Source: Basidiobolus meristosporus CBS 931.73 (lineage: Eukaryota; Fungi; Basidiobolomycota). From it: a stretch of 41,057 nt of DNA. This document shows, piece after piece, positions 12,176 through 23,385 of the stretch. Where the stretch lies: contig MCFE01000738.1 in NCBI GenBank assembly GCA_002104905.1, positions 1-41,057 on the forward strand, written 5' to 3'. How positions within the stretch are numbered: position 1 is the first letter of the stretch; each line of letters begins with the position of its first letter. The position numbers were made by a program, and so were the translations under genes. The notes beneath the pieces were generated by a model. The model made no database searches. It had not been told where the DNA came from and worked only from the letters and a program-made list of their open reading frames with translations.

Positions 12176-13328
12176 CCCACCATCCCCCAGAATTGCCCAC
12201 GCGATCCGCACTCTAACCTCTACACTGACCTCCCTCTGCACGAATGTTGACAAGGCTTATCCGTAAGAAGCATGTTGATGTAAATAAACTTAAGGATATG
12301 TTTCAAGAAGAACAGGCATTGTACACCAAGATTTTGACAGTTTGTTTGATGAGTGAAACCAGTCGACCCGAGACACCGCAGGGACATTGAATATGCTGGG
12401 TTCACCCTACGTGTCCAGGCACAAGGCTGGCGGATCGCTTTCAAACGCCACGGGACATACGGCCGTTGTATTGGGAACCACGGGGCTTGCCGACAATGCC
12501 AAGCCCACTACCATTGGTGTGTTCACACCAGCGTTGCCGGCAATCTGCTTTCAGACCAACTGGCTATTCTAGGCAGCTTTCTGTGGTGCCTAATCAATCT
12601 GGCCAACGAATCTTCGTATCTAAGAATTGCCAGACGGATGCGGAACTAGCTAATTTTAGGAACTGGTTGCTTGCCGTGTTGGGGGTTGGGATTGTATGGA
12701 AGCCTCTCGAGCGGATGGGTTAGGAGTACTGTCCCACATTGCTTGGCTATATGGAATCAAGGGTGTTTGACACAAGGCTGGGCTCATTGTTTGAATCGGG
12801 AAACCAATTCGATTCGGCGGCATGTTAGAATAGAGGCTAATTCATTTAAGGTCATGTGGAAGCAATTAAGGAGACCTCATTTCAGCTCTATCCAAATCAA
12901 GCAACAGGCCATTATCAAGCCTCGCTTGACTCAACATTTGATAAGCTAAATTATACAATCATTACATATTTCAGGCAATTGATGAGCAGATAATTGCTCC
13001 GTGACCCCTTTGCTGTTACTTCGTACTGAGACTAATGATCTGATCAAAAGAAAAGGGTAGGAGAAACGCAAAGCCAAGCATAGTTTCAAGCTAATGGATC
13101 GTTCGGAGGAATATCCCATTTCCGCATTCCTTGAAACCCATGTGATTGGTGCTCCCTCATCTGATTGTTTCCTATTTTCTTCATCGTCACTTTTTCTCCT
13201 CAGCTATAGTTAACTCACGACTTCCCAACAGCTCACCCATTCTGTTCCGTTCCGAGCTAAAGTCACTAAGCCCAATCCCTTATATCTCCCCCATTGTATA
13301 CAGAACCCCCCCCTGCACACACACAAAG

Positions 13329-13973
13329 ATGCGTTTATGTAACGCCTTCCCCGGAGTTATTTGTCTTTTGGGATTCACAACCATCCTACCCGAAGTCATA
13401 GGATATAACCTGGTAGGGTGTTATTTGGACAACGAGAATCAGCCCTCCTTAACTGGCCTAAACAGCGTCGACGTGAATCAGTCCAGCCAGAAATGCGGCG
13501 ACATCTGCACCAAAAAGTTCGTCTATGCCGGAGTTCGAGATGGCAGCACCTGCATGTGCGGAAATGCCAAACCACCGGATTCGCTGCTCGTCCAGGACAA
13601 CTCGCTGTGCAATATTCCTTGCCCCGGCAACCCACAGGAAAAATGCGGAGGAAAGCTGTACATGTCCGTCTGGATAGTCGGGTCGCAAACCTCCAACGAC
13701 ACCATTTCCGACACCAGCCCTAGCCAGAGCACCAACAAGGGTGGTCTGATAGGCGGTATTGTAGGCGGGGTTCTTGGGTTGCTTCTTATCACCGGTGGTG
13801 GCATCTGGTGGTATCGTAGAAAGAAACGCAATCAACAGGTTGATAACCTCAACGAAGAGAAGTACAACCAAGGAAGCGGCGAGAACTGGGTCCCCAGGAG
13901 GCGTTCGGATGTGACCTTGCGCGACGACTTCGACTACACACATGCATTGAAAGTAACTAACCCTGATCCTTGA
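13329..13973 (+). CDS. WSC-domain single-pass cell-wall sensor (Wsc1-like), intronless
   Basis: Signal peptide, then WSC domain with 8 Cys (GCYLD..C..C..YAG..CMCG..C..C..CGG), short S/T stalk, TM GLIGGIVGGVLGLLLITGGGIWWY-RRKKR, and C-terminal DY..LKVTNPD typical of Wsc tails. Confidence 0.85.
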   Translation: MRLCNAFPGVICLLGFTTILPEVIGYNLVGCYLDNENQPSLTGLNSVDVNQSSQKCGDICTKKFVYAGVRDGSTCMCGNAKPPDSLLVQDNSLCNIPCPGNPQEKCGGKLYMSVWIVGSQTSNDTISDTSPSQSTNKGGLIGGIVGGVLGLLLITGGGIWWYRRKKRNQQVDNLNEEKYNQGSGENWVPRRRSDVTLRDDFDYTHALKVTNPDP

Positions 13974-14649
13974 GTTGTTCTACCAACCCTGCATCCCTCT
14001 TGAGAGGCACCCATCTCGGTGTGCCCCACCACTTCGCCAACTCAGAATTGACTAAATATTTAAGGTACTCCTAGCTTCCTATCATTCAATTTAATTTTTG
14101 TCTTAAGAACATCCAGTGATTTCATCGTATTACTTCACTTCCATTGCGCTCATGGGAAATCCCATTTCATGTTTGGTTGTATTCTCGGATTGATTTCCAT
14201 GAAATGCCAAGTTCAGCAACAAAGAATCTTCGCCCAAGCTTTCCTACCCAACATCATTTCAGCCCCCTTGTTTCCTCGAACATTGGATTATTTAAAAAGC
14301 CTCGGCTAACTAAACCATTGTAATGTATATCTTTCTCGAGCATGAATTTAGGCCAGAGCTCTCTGGGCTTTGGCAAGACTAACGCAAATAAATCCCTTGG
14401 TTTCCACTCCCGTCTGGCGCTTCGAGTACCACAGATTCCTCGAGCATGGTCCGATTGGTCAACAAAACTCTGGACCTTCAAGGAACCATACTGCACAGCA
14501 AGCCCGACTACCGAGGGCTTTAAAAAGACGAGCGTTCAATTGACCCGCTAATGGCTTGTGAGCAATATTACAGCTATTTATTGGTAGTATCAAAGCCCTA
14601 ATGCCTCCATAGCGTAGTTGGGTTTAGTATAATACGGCGCCATGTTCCA

Positions 14650-14998
14650 TCAGCGACGACTACGCTCGAGAGCTAGGAATATTGAAAGTTGTGGTTATGA
14701 TCTAGATCTGCCAAGAGTTGGGGTGAACGCATTCTTACGATTGTAGTGCAAAAGTTTCTCAATGAGATCGACGTGGGTAAGCACCATTCTTCTGCAGCAG
14801 TATCTTTTCAAACCGAGCGCATCCATAGCCTCGCTAAACGAGAGTACGCGAATCTCTGGATTCAGCCAATAGCTTGTAACGAGCAGAAAACCGGGAGGCT
14901 TACCCTTCAGTGTAGTCCGACTGGAGTAGACTAAGATAGTTGTCCCATTTGTTACCAATCACTTTTCCACAGGTGAAGCATCTGACGGGAATGATCAT
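14650..14998 (-). CDS. RPB10: RNA polymerase I/II/III common subunit RPB10, 2 introns
   Basis: [32 protein letters not shown]|[31 protein letters not shown]|PLERSRR*. Confidence 0.95.
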
Positions 14999-15910
14999 TT
15001 CGCGAAGAAGGCGGTGCTCTGGTTAACCCAAACAAAAGGATGCGACTTGTCCGTCGATGCACTGACATCTGGTTATTAAAAAAAAGGAATTATCTGATGA
15101 CCAGGAATCACGTGTCTCGGACGATATCCACGTACTAGCCCATTTTTGTAGCTCCCCTGGGTGTTAAGCCTTGATCCTAGGTGTTGGAGGGTATACGTTG
15201 AGCAATACAGATATGAAGTGGGCCTAGAGCATGACTGCTTGAAACATTTGTGCTACCTTACTGCTGTCGTCAGGCCTCACAGTGTAGTTTACGATGGTAT
15301 ATGAGCAGGCTATGTGTGCGCAACACTTGGAACTTGAACCATCGATGGCCTTTGTCACCACACTTTGAAGCAGCTGTGGGCAGAATATAATACCTTAATT
15401 AACATGCACTTGTCGCTATAGATGATGTCAGGAATCAAACAATCCACGTGCAGTATTCGACAAAAGGCTAGCACAGCACTCTTATGTGGACACCGTCTGC
15501 TTCAATGCTGCCTTTCAGAGCATGCCCAACTTATGTGAGGGAATCCGCCTTGCCATTTCATTGTTGCATTGTGCTGCTGAAATTCATCACATGATGGTGA
15601 AGCCATGACTTTCGCAACATGTTGATCCCTGGATCATGTAGCATAGCAGCCGTGTTTCTGGCGGCGAATGCAACACACTGCATCGAACTTGATTGACATA
15701 GTCAGTCGAGTTGAACTTTGTCTGATTTACCTGATCACATCACCATCAGAACAACGCCAGCCGAATATGATGACAGGGGCCGAAATGGAACCATCTAATC
15801 ATCCAAAATCTCACCCCGGTCCTGGCCTACGGATCGATTTTTTTGCGGTATAAGGAGTGGTACGAAATTGGATAGTAACCCTCTTTTTCCTTGAACGGAC
15901 GAATTTCAAG

Positions 15911-16095
15911 GTGCGTAATGGTTTTGATTTTGTTGTAGTTACTGGCACAGGCTGGCAATAGATGAGATGAATCCATTCATCACAAAGGGCGAACGCTGGC
16001 GAGCACGCTTCGATGATATGCATGCGACTCGGATTCGAATGTTCACTCCATCACATCCATTCAACAGATTTACTGAATGCATCCATTTCTTTTAG
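15911..16095 (+). other. Probable 5'-UTR intron of RPS19, ending immediately before the ATG
   Basis: AAG|GTGCGT donor at 15911; TTTACTGAA branch-like site; pyrimidine tract TTTCTTTTAG|ATG at 16095/16096. Confidence 0.6.
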
Positions 16096-16521
16096 ATGGC
16101 TGGTATCACCGTTAAAGACGTTAACTCCCATCAATTCATCAAGGCTTACGCTGCTCACTTGAAGCGTTCCGGCAAGCTCGATGTCCCCAAGTGGGTCGAC
16201 CTTGCCAAGACTGCCACCTACAAGGAATTGGGCCCCTATGACCAAGACTGGTTCTTCATCAGAGCTGCTTCCGTTGCTCGCCACGTCTACCTTAACAAGA
16301 CTGTTGGCGTTGGTCATTTGAGAAGACTCCACGGTGGTCGCAAGAACCGCGGTACCCGCCCCTCTCACCACGCTGATGGCTCCGGCTCCGTTGCCCGTAA
16401 GGTGCTTCAAGCTTTGGAGAAGATCAACATCATTGAGCAAGCACCCAACGGTGGTCGTAAGCTTACTCAAGACGGACAACGTGACCTTGATCGTATCAGT
16501 GCCCAAGTCGCCAAGAAATAA
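16096..16521 (+). CDS. RPS19: 40S ribosomal protein S19 (eS19)
   Basis: TVKDV..FIKAYAAHLKRSGKL..W.D..KTATYKELGPYDQDWFFIRAASVARH..GSGSVARKVLQALE..GRKLTQDGQRDLDRI; strong C/T-ending codon bias. Confidence 0.97.
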   Translation: MAGITVKDVNSHQFIKAYAAHLKRSGKLDVPKWVDLAKTATYKELGPYDQDWFFIRAASVARHVYLNKTVGVGHLRRLHGGRKNRGTRPSHHADGSGSVARKVLQALEKINIIEQAPNGGRKLTQDGQRDLDRISAQVAKK

Positions 16522-16964
16522 TTTCTTCGTGTACTCAATACTCGGTTCTTATGCCCCTAATAAACAATTCGCCAACCCTGCTTCACTGCCAACCATTCGT
16601 CAGGTCGTCTCGTTAATTCTATCATGTCACAATAAACACCAACCATCCCGCCAGGATCAATGGCGAGGGAGCCGACTAGATACACTTGGCCAGATGCGTG
16701 CCGGACCAGTCTCGTGGGCTTAGATATATAAATATGATTGTTATTCGGGTCGGTATTCTCAAATGATGTTGGCCAGAAAATTTCTTCAACAAATATCATT
16801 TCGAGACAAGAAAAAAACGGGAAAACAGTTATTTAAACTGACGGTATGAGGGGGGGGGGTAGGTTTTTAGCGCGGTAAGGTATTTGACGAGAGGGACTAA
16901 AGCAATCACATAGAGGCAGCCAATCCTTTACCAACCACTTGAAGCAGTTCGTTGCACATCTATC

Positions 16965-17772
16965 ATGGTAAGCCAGGGCTCGTTCCCACTTTGGCCAATT
17001 CCCTACAACACACAAGTAACCCTCACGACTTCGCAGCCGGTTGGACACAGCTACTCTTCCGAAGCAATCAAACAAATTGTTCGAGATTTGTATATTCTGC
17101 ACCTCAACCCAATCGAGGATATAAGAGTTATCATCAACGAGAACAACCTGTTCGACTTCCAACTCTGGATATTCGGGCCAAGTAAGTGCCAGTGTAGAGT
17201 GCCGGAGGCGAACGATACTTTGCTAACCTCGACTATAGCTGGGACGCCTTACGAGAACGGAGCGTTTCGGGTCAAGCTGTCGTTCTCGAGCGAGTTCCCA
17301 CACATTCCGCCTAGCTGTAAGTCGGGATGGAATCAAGGAAGTCTGCGTAACTCCCTAACCAATTTGTTATCTTTTAGGTAAATTTCTAACCAAAATATAT
17401 CACCCAAATATCTCCCATGATGGGGAAGTCTGTATAAACACGCTGAGATACAGTTGGCAACCAGGTCTTGGTATTGGGCATATTTTAATGGTAAGCATTG
17501 CCTCTGTTTCCCTTTGAAGGACGTCGGCATTAACGCTTGCCTGATAGACACTCAGATGCCTGTTGATCCAGCCGTATCCCGAATCCATAATGAATGATGA
17601 GGCGGGGAGACTATTCCTCGAGAACTACGAGGCCTACGCCAAGTATGCAAGGTTAGCAACCGAGATCCACGCCAACTGTAAAGCCCAATCAGAGGGGAAA
17701 TCACCAAGGAAGAGAGCCGGTGACCCGAAGGAAAAGAGAGTCGACAAAAAACGAATTCTGAAGCATACGTAG
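16965..17772 (+). CDS. UBE2S: Ubiquitin-conjugating enzyme E2, UBE2S-like, 4 introns
   Basis: IFGP|[21 protein letters not shown]|[23 protein letters not shown] (HPN motif and catalytic Cys)..|[38 protein letters not shown], plus basic tail DKKRILKHT. Confidence 0.75.
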
Positions 17773-19597
17773 TGGCACTACAGCTCATCTTGTACTCATT
17801 ATTTTAGATCATGTACCTTCCACCTATATCCAGTATTTAGAAGCCGCCTATCGCATCCTATTTGTTATTTATTTCAGTGGTAATCTCTCTCCAGGACCTG
17901 ATTTTCGTAATTGCTTGCTGCACCTCCCAGTAATCTTGGTATCGACTGTTGGACCATTATGCACGCCAAAATTGCGCTATAGAATCCAACCTGTATACTA
18001 TGTTAAATATACACTCGTTTTATCCCATACTTCAGCCGTCGTCTTGATGTGCCAAGAATCACCACTCCCAATGCAGTCTCTTTTAAGAAACTGGTGGAAA
18101 AAGTTGACGACATTCCTTGATGTGGCAAATATAAACAGCTCAATGGCGGTATCGTATCAAAGGCCTGCAAGACTATCTCAGGTGACACCAACCATCCCCA
18201 AAATCTGTTTGCTGCTCATTGACGAGGGTGTATGGCCGTATGATCAATGCAGTTAGACACAGATCTCAACTTCGTTGAACCGGATCTATGCTTGCCTATT
18301 TGCAGCTCCAGGTGCCAGGGCATCGAGAATGCTGCTCATCCCTGATATGGACTAGTTTTTCCATTGGAATGCAATCGATATATTTGAGGCAATGTTCGTT
18401 GGCTCTACAAGAGGAGGCAATTGCCCGAGGGAAGTCCATGAATAGGTGATTATCGGCAATCATGAGATACGCTGAGCGGCTGGACACCATTTGAAACCCT
18501 TGGTCGCATTGTCGTGCAACGCGCCTTGATTCGAGGTATTCGGTAAGCTCAGTGTGCCTGGTGTCTCTTGGGAAATGAGAGAAACCACGGTTACCGTGTA
18601 TCACGGCATGTCGGTGGAACAGCAGATTGTTGCTATTTTGATTCGCATTTTTCGCTGTCCCGGCCTGTATGACAGTGGAATAGAATTGAGAGGTTGGGGG
18701 GGAGAGACTGTCGCAGATTCTTTGTTGAAAAGAGAGGGCGTTTTCTCAGATAGTTGGGTTGTAACGATGTTATTGGCCTTCATCGTAAAGACACTCTGCA
18801 TCGCATCGATTCTTGTGAAACAGTGCTTTAGCTTACCAACTATTCTCAACGTACATAGCACAAAAAGCCACCTGAAGACTCGGTGCAACCCTTGCTCCTC
18901 GTGTGCTATGGTGTCGGTGTCCAGTGAACAGATCCACTGATGAGTATTGGCTGAAGGGGCACTGTGGACGAATTCGACAGCAATTGGTGGATGGGCAATA
19001 TCAATCGACATTAACCAAAACCATCCCAAACGGCAGCATCGTTTGGGATATTAAATGGCCTTTGCGTAGCTACAGCCAGCAACAGTTGCCACATCATGCA
19101 GCACTAGCAGGTAAGATACGGTCTGCATCGGAAATCATTGCATGCAACCATATTGGCACCGCTGATGCCATATCCCCGAGTCCTATTGAATCGCACATGT
19201 CTTTGAGGCTTTGGTGCCCACCTATACATGCACAGTCGGTATTTCCATGATGACTCATGCACTCCTCTTGACCTACCTTCCCAAATTGGCATGTGTCTGC
19301 TCAAAGGATGGAGACCGCTACGAAATGCAATTCTCAACCCTGTGTTCCGTGTTTTCCGTCCTGAAGGCTGAGGTTGGTTATTGTGCCACATCACACACTC
19401 AGACGGTCAACTGAGTATTCCCCTCCGACGAGACACGCCTGGGAACCCTCCGCCTGGTTTGGCAGCATTCCTATGTCCTCTGCCGAAACATGAATAAATT
19501 GGGACTGCTCCTCCAATGCCCATTTAGTTTTGGCTTGGATTTAAGCCCTCACCTCCTCCCCATCAAGGCCCTCCATCTAGTTAGGAGTATCATCAGC

Positions 19598-20480
19598 ATG
19601 GAGGTCTCCATAAATACCATAATCACCTACGGGAAGCTCGACTTGATGATCGCGACTACTGCACTCCCAATTGGCATAAGCAACTCGTACCATGCGATTC
19701 GTATGGCCTTACAGGAGTCACCAGTGATATTCAAGTTAAACCTCATGCAGGCACTCCTGCTACTGTTTAATGGAATAGTGGCCATTTCGGATTTCTTTAA
19801 GCCGACACGCAACTGCAACACCCTGGCCTACATCTACCTCACCAACGCCTACCTCTCTATCCTGTCCATCAACATCATTCTCTTCTATAAAGCGTACTAC
19901 ACCACCAAGGCTAGCAGGATGATGGGCTGCTTGTGCATACTGATCCAGATTGCTGAAACGGTTTGCTTGGTTCAAGTCCTGTTGAAGTCTCAATTCATCG
20001 ATGGGCTGATCGGTGGATGTATCCTCTCCTACCCAATCTATTGGACAATGGGGTTGACGGGCTCTGTCACCAGCATCATGATCATTCTTACCTTGTTGTT
20101 TATCATCAGCATTCGTCGACACTCCGAGTTCCGGAAGCTAGGTCTCTACTCATCCCTACTCCAGGAAGGGATCGTCTTCTTCCTCATCATTCTCATCATG
20201 GACCTCACCCTGGCAGTTCTGGTGTTGGTGCAGGATGTCTACTGTGGAAATGTTTTGCACCTGGGCTGTAAGTAGATTGGTCAGCAGAAGAAAGCTTCAC
20301 AGTCATGCTCAACAACCTCTCCAAATAGGGATCGTCAAGTCCAAACTTATGACCGAGCTCATGCTTCGAGCTCATAGACGCCGAAAGGAACGTCGTCGCT
20401 CACGAGGCCGTCAACACAAAGATCAGGAATTAACCGATATCTCATTGGTCTCAGTATCATCGCCATCCACACAGAATTGA
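19598..20480 (+). CDS. Orphan seven-transmembrane (GPCR-like) protein A, 1 intron (20268-20328)
   Basis: Seven hydrophobic segments; Cys at the top of TM3 (RNC) and in the TM4-5 loop (GGC); spliced TM7 HLG|WIVKSKLMTEL; basic C-tail. Confidence 0.65.
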
Positions 20481-22346
20481 TCACCCGCAAGTCGTTGAAT
20501 GGATGGGCACCTGGATGGCTCTCCAGACACTGCCATACCATCGCAGCAGCAGCAGTAACCAACAGGAGAGAGCGGCGTGCCGGATTCCCATGGCTCTCTT
20601 ATGCTCCTTTTTCTGTTGCATCCCCGCCATCAAGGTGTCTTTCATATGTACCGCATAGATCTCGCCAAATCGGCGTTTATTAAAGTCTTTACTTCCCGAG
20701 GAAAGAATGGTACCTGATTGGACCTGGGCCAAATCCCTGTTGAACATCCCATTGAGCCAGGCAGTATGGGTCGAGTGGGTTGTCAAGGTGGAGGCCGACG
20801 GGGCTTGGAATTTACGTCACATCCCAGGCAAGAAAAGAATTTCCTGTCAAAACAATCTAAAACAGCACCACACGTATCTTCCAGATTGGCATCTCACGTG
20901 GATCTATTTGGAAGGAATGTGATTTTCACATTTGGGAACTCTGCCGAGGTTACAAAGGAAATCCATCAGCACTTCGGGTGGTACAGCCGAGCGTGAGCCA
21001 GTGAGATTTTCCCGTTGCTCACAGGCTAGGTGTCCTGAGTTGTGTGGTTGAGAACGTTCATCATTACCTATGAGAGAGAGTGCACACTGGTGGGTTACCC
21101 AAATGGATGATCTGCTTACTCAGACATTGTGCCATATCCAGCGTATGGCTCAGTTTATGCTGACAAGGTTGGATGTGGTTAAACCTTAACGTGTCCACCC
21201 TTATCAAGATCTCCACCACTTGCTGTGAGATCTTGCCCTCTGGCTTCGATACATTCGTGATGTTTTAGAATCTCAACGGCTTGGATTTTCCAGCATTCTA
21301 CTGCGACACGTTCACACACCAACCTTATCCGATAAACGCATTCCCCTTTTGGCGCGAAGCCATATGGTACGAATAAGATCCAGATCTGTAGTTTGTACGA
21401 TGTTTCTCTGTGAGCTGTTTGGGAGGCTCTAGTATGCCGGGCAAGTAATTTGCAGGGCTCTAGCAAGTTGCCGTCAACCAACGTGTATCACTTCGCTCCC
21501 CAGGCGTGAATCTGTGATGTGGCGGCTTGGTAACATGTCGAAACAGGTTGTGCCTTCGTGGTCCTGTCAATAAGGACCTTCCCTAAGCTAGGTTTGCCAG
21601 ATACTGGATTTTCAATATACTGTATATGAGGCGATGGTAAGGTTGCATGAGGGAACTATAATCGCTTGGATACATTGTGTCAGACTAATACGAGAGATTC
21701 CATACAGGAGCTGAGGCTCAAGACTAAGTTATGCGTGTTTTTGGATTTCCTATTCGACTGGTTCAAGCGTTGTAACTTTGTCGAAAACACATCGCCAGCA
21801 GGTGCTGGGGTAGATCCGAGATCATAAAAAGGGATCAGCCAAACAAGTTTGTGGGTCATCAGAAGATATGACAAGAGGCAAGGGCGTGCCAATCAATGGG
21901 TATCGTGACCTCCAGTGTTTTCATAAAACGAATAACGCTACGGTGTCTGATTTTTCTGGTCCAAATCGATACGGCAAATATTGCAAATTTGTCTCCCCTT
22001 GACATCATAGGCTGTTGGTGCATTTCCCTGCGTTAAACCCACTCTGTAAACGCTGCCCGATCCTGACTTTCATCATAGATGGGTCAGTCTAACCTGTGTT
22101 ACAATCAATGGTCATACGGATTCGTCTCGAGTAACCCAATTGAATTGGAGCTTATCGAAAAGAAGATATGGTTTTGGGCAAGGCCGGTGCCTTATATATG
22201 AGTCGCCTTACCGCAAGTTTGGAGCTTGGCAATCATCTCTTACCACTTATCTTTCTTTCTCTCGAGATCGCTGAGTGCAAATCACATCAGTTTTGCTGAG
22301 CAACAGTTACGTTCTAGCGACTGTACCATACTGACTTCTAATACAT

Positions 22347-23385
22347 ATGGCTTTGCAAAATCCCTTGAATACTAATGATCTCTTCAACGACTGCATCCCG
22401 CTCATGGTAACTGCTGTGGCAATCCCAGTTGTTGCCAGCAATGTGTACCAGTCATCCAGGGTGGCGTACGTTTACAACTCCAATCCTCACAAAATCATCC
22501 TTGTATCGGGAGTCATTCTGGCCCTTTACACGCTTATATCGATGATTGATCTATTGTCGGGAATAATAGGATGCGACAAATTGTTCGGAACGTTCCAAAT
22601 CACCTGGTATTGCTCCTCGTTACTAATCGATGGCATAGTGTATCTTCGAGTGTATCGCCCTGGCCTATTATCCAAAATCATCGCCGTCCTGATGCTGGTT
22701 TGTCAGGTGGCAAGGTTGTTCTTCTTGGTCCGAACTATCATGCAAGCACAACTCTCCATCAATCAATTGGACATCTGTAAGGGCACGGTCTCAAGATCAA
22801 ATGCTATCGGCACTGCAGGTACCGAAGCACTATGCACGCTCTTTCTATTCGCCATGATTGTGAAGGAGATCCACCATCGCAGGACGAAGGAGAATTTCGA
22901 CTGGTTGACCACCGTGATAGAAGATGGGATCGTTTGTTCGGTTGGCATAGTACTCACCCAGCTGGTACTTACGGTAGTCGCGTTCTTCAATCGATGGCCG
23001 CTGGAGTTCTCGGCATTCCAATATATATCTTGTACGTTCCACTGTGTTGTATACTTACCTTAGCTTATACCAAAGATATTAATGCGTATTTTTTGCAGGG
23101 CTTTTGACCTCGAAATTACTTATCGAGCAACTCGAGATATACCATGGCAGCCGAGTGAGAGACAAATCATTGACTGCGAATTGTATTGCTACCACGTCAC
23201 TATCTCATTCGAGTAGAAGTGGCACAGGGAAGCCATTCGACGAGCAGAGCTCTTCCTTGCAACGAGGAAGCTCAGATAAGAGTCGACTTGTCCACCCGAA
23301 CCTGACAGCTCCTTGGGTTGACACGTACGATAAAGACGCAGCGGTCCATGAAATCACTCTTCATACACGATCCTCATTTTCTTGA
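22347..23385 (+). CDS. Orphan seven-transmembrane (GPCR-like) protein B, 1 intron (23032-23098)
   Basis: Seven hydrophobic segments; Cys in IGCDKL and DICKG; IEDGIV before TM6; spliced TM7 YIS|WLLTSKLLIEQL; Ser-rich C-tail. Confidence 0.65.

Noticed and set aside
12353-12949. Cluster of 60-100-aa ORFs downstream of rlc1
   Set aside because: No recognisable product and no coherent exon chain.
15000-15900. Possible snoRNA or tRNA and CACGTG boxes between RPB10 and RPS19
   Set aside because: No properly spaced C/D boxes or cloverleaf found; single hexamers are expected by chance.
16051-16506. 151-aa antisense ORF over RPS19 (similar shadows over GH20, NiCoT and the esterase)
   Set aside because: A typical by-product of strong codon bias on the coding strand.
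17915-19414. Several 100-140-aa ORFs on both strands, considered as a third degraded 7-TM gene
   Set aside because: No TM periodicity, Cys pair or W-x3-SKL motif in the frames I read.
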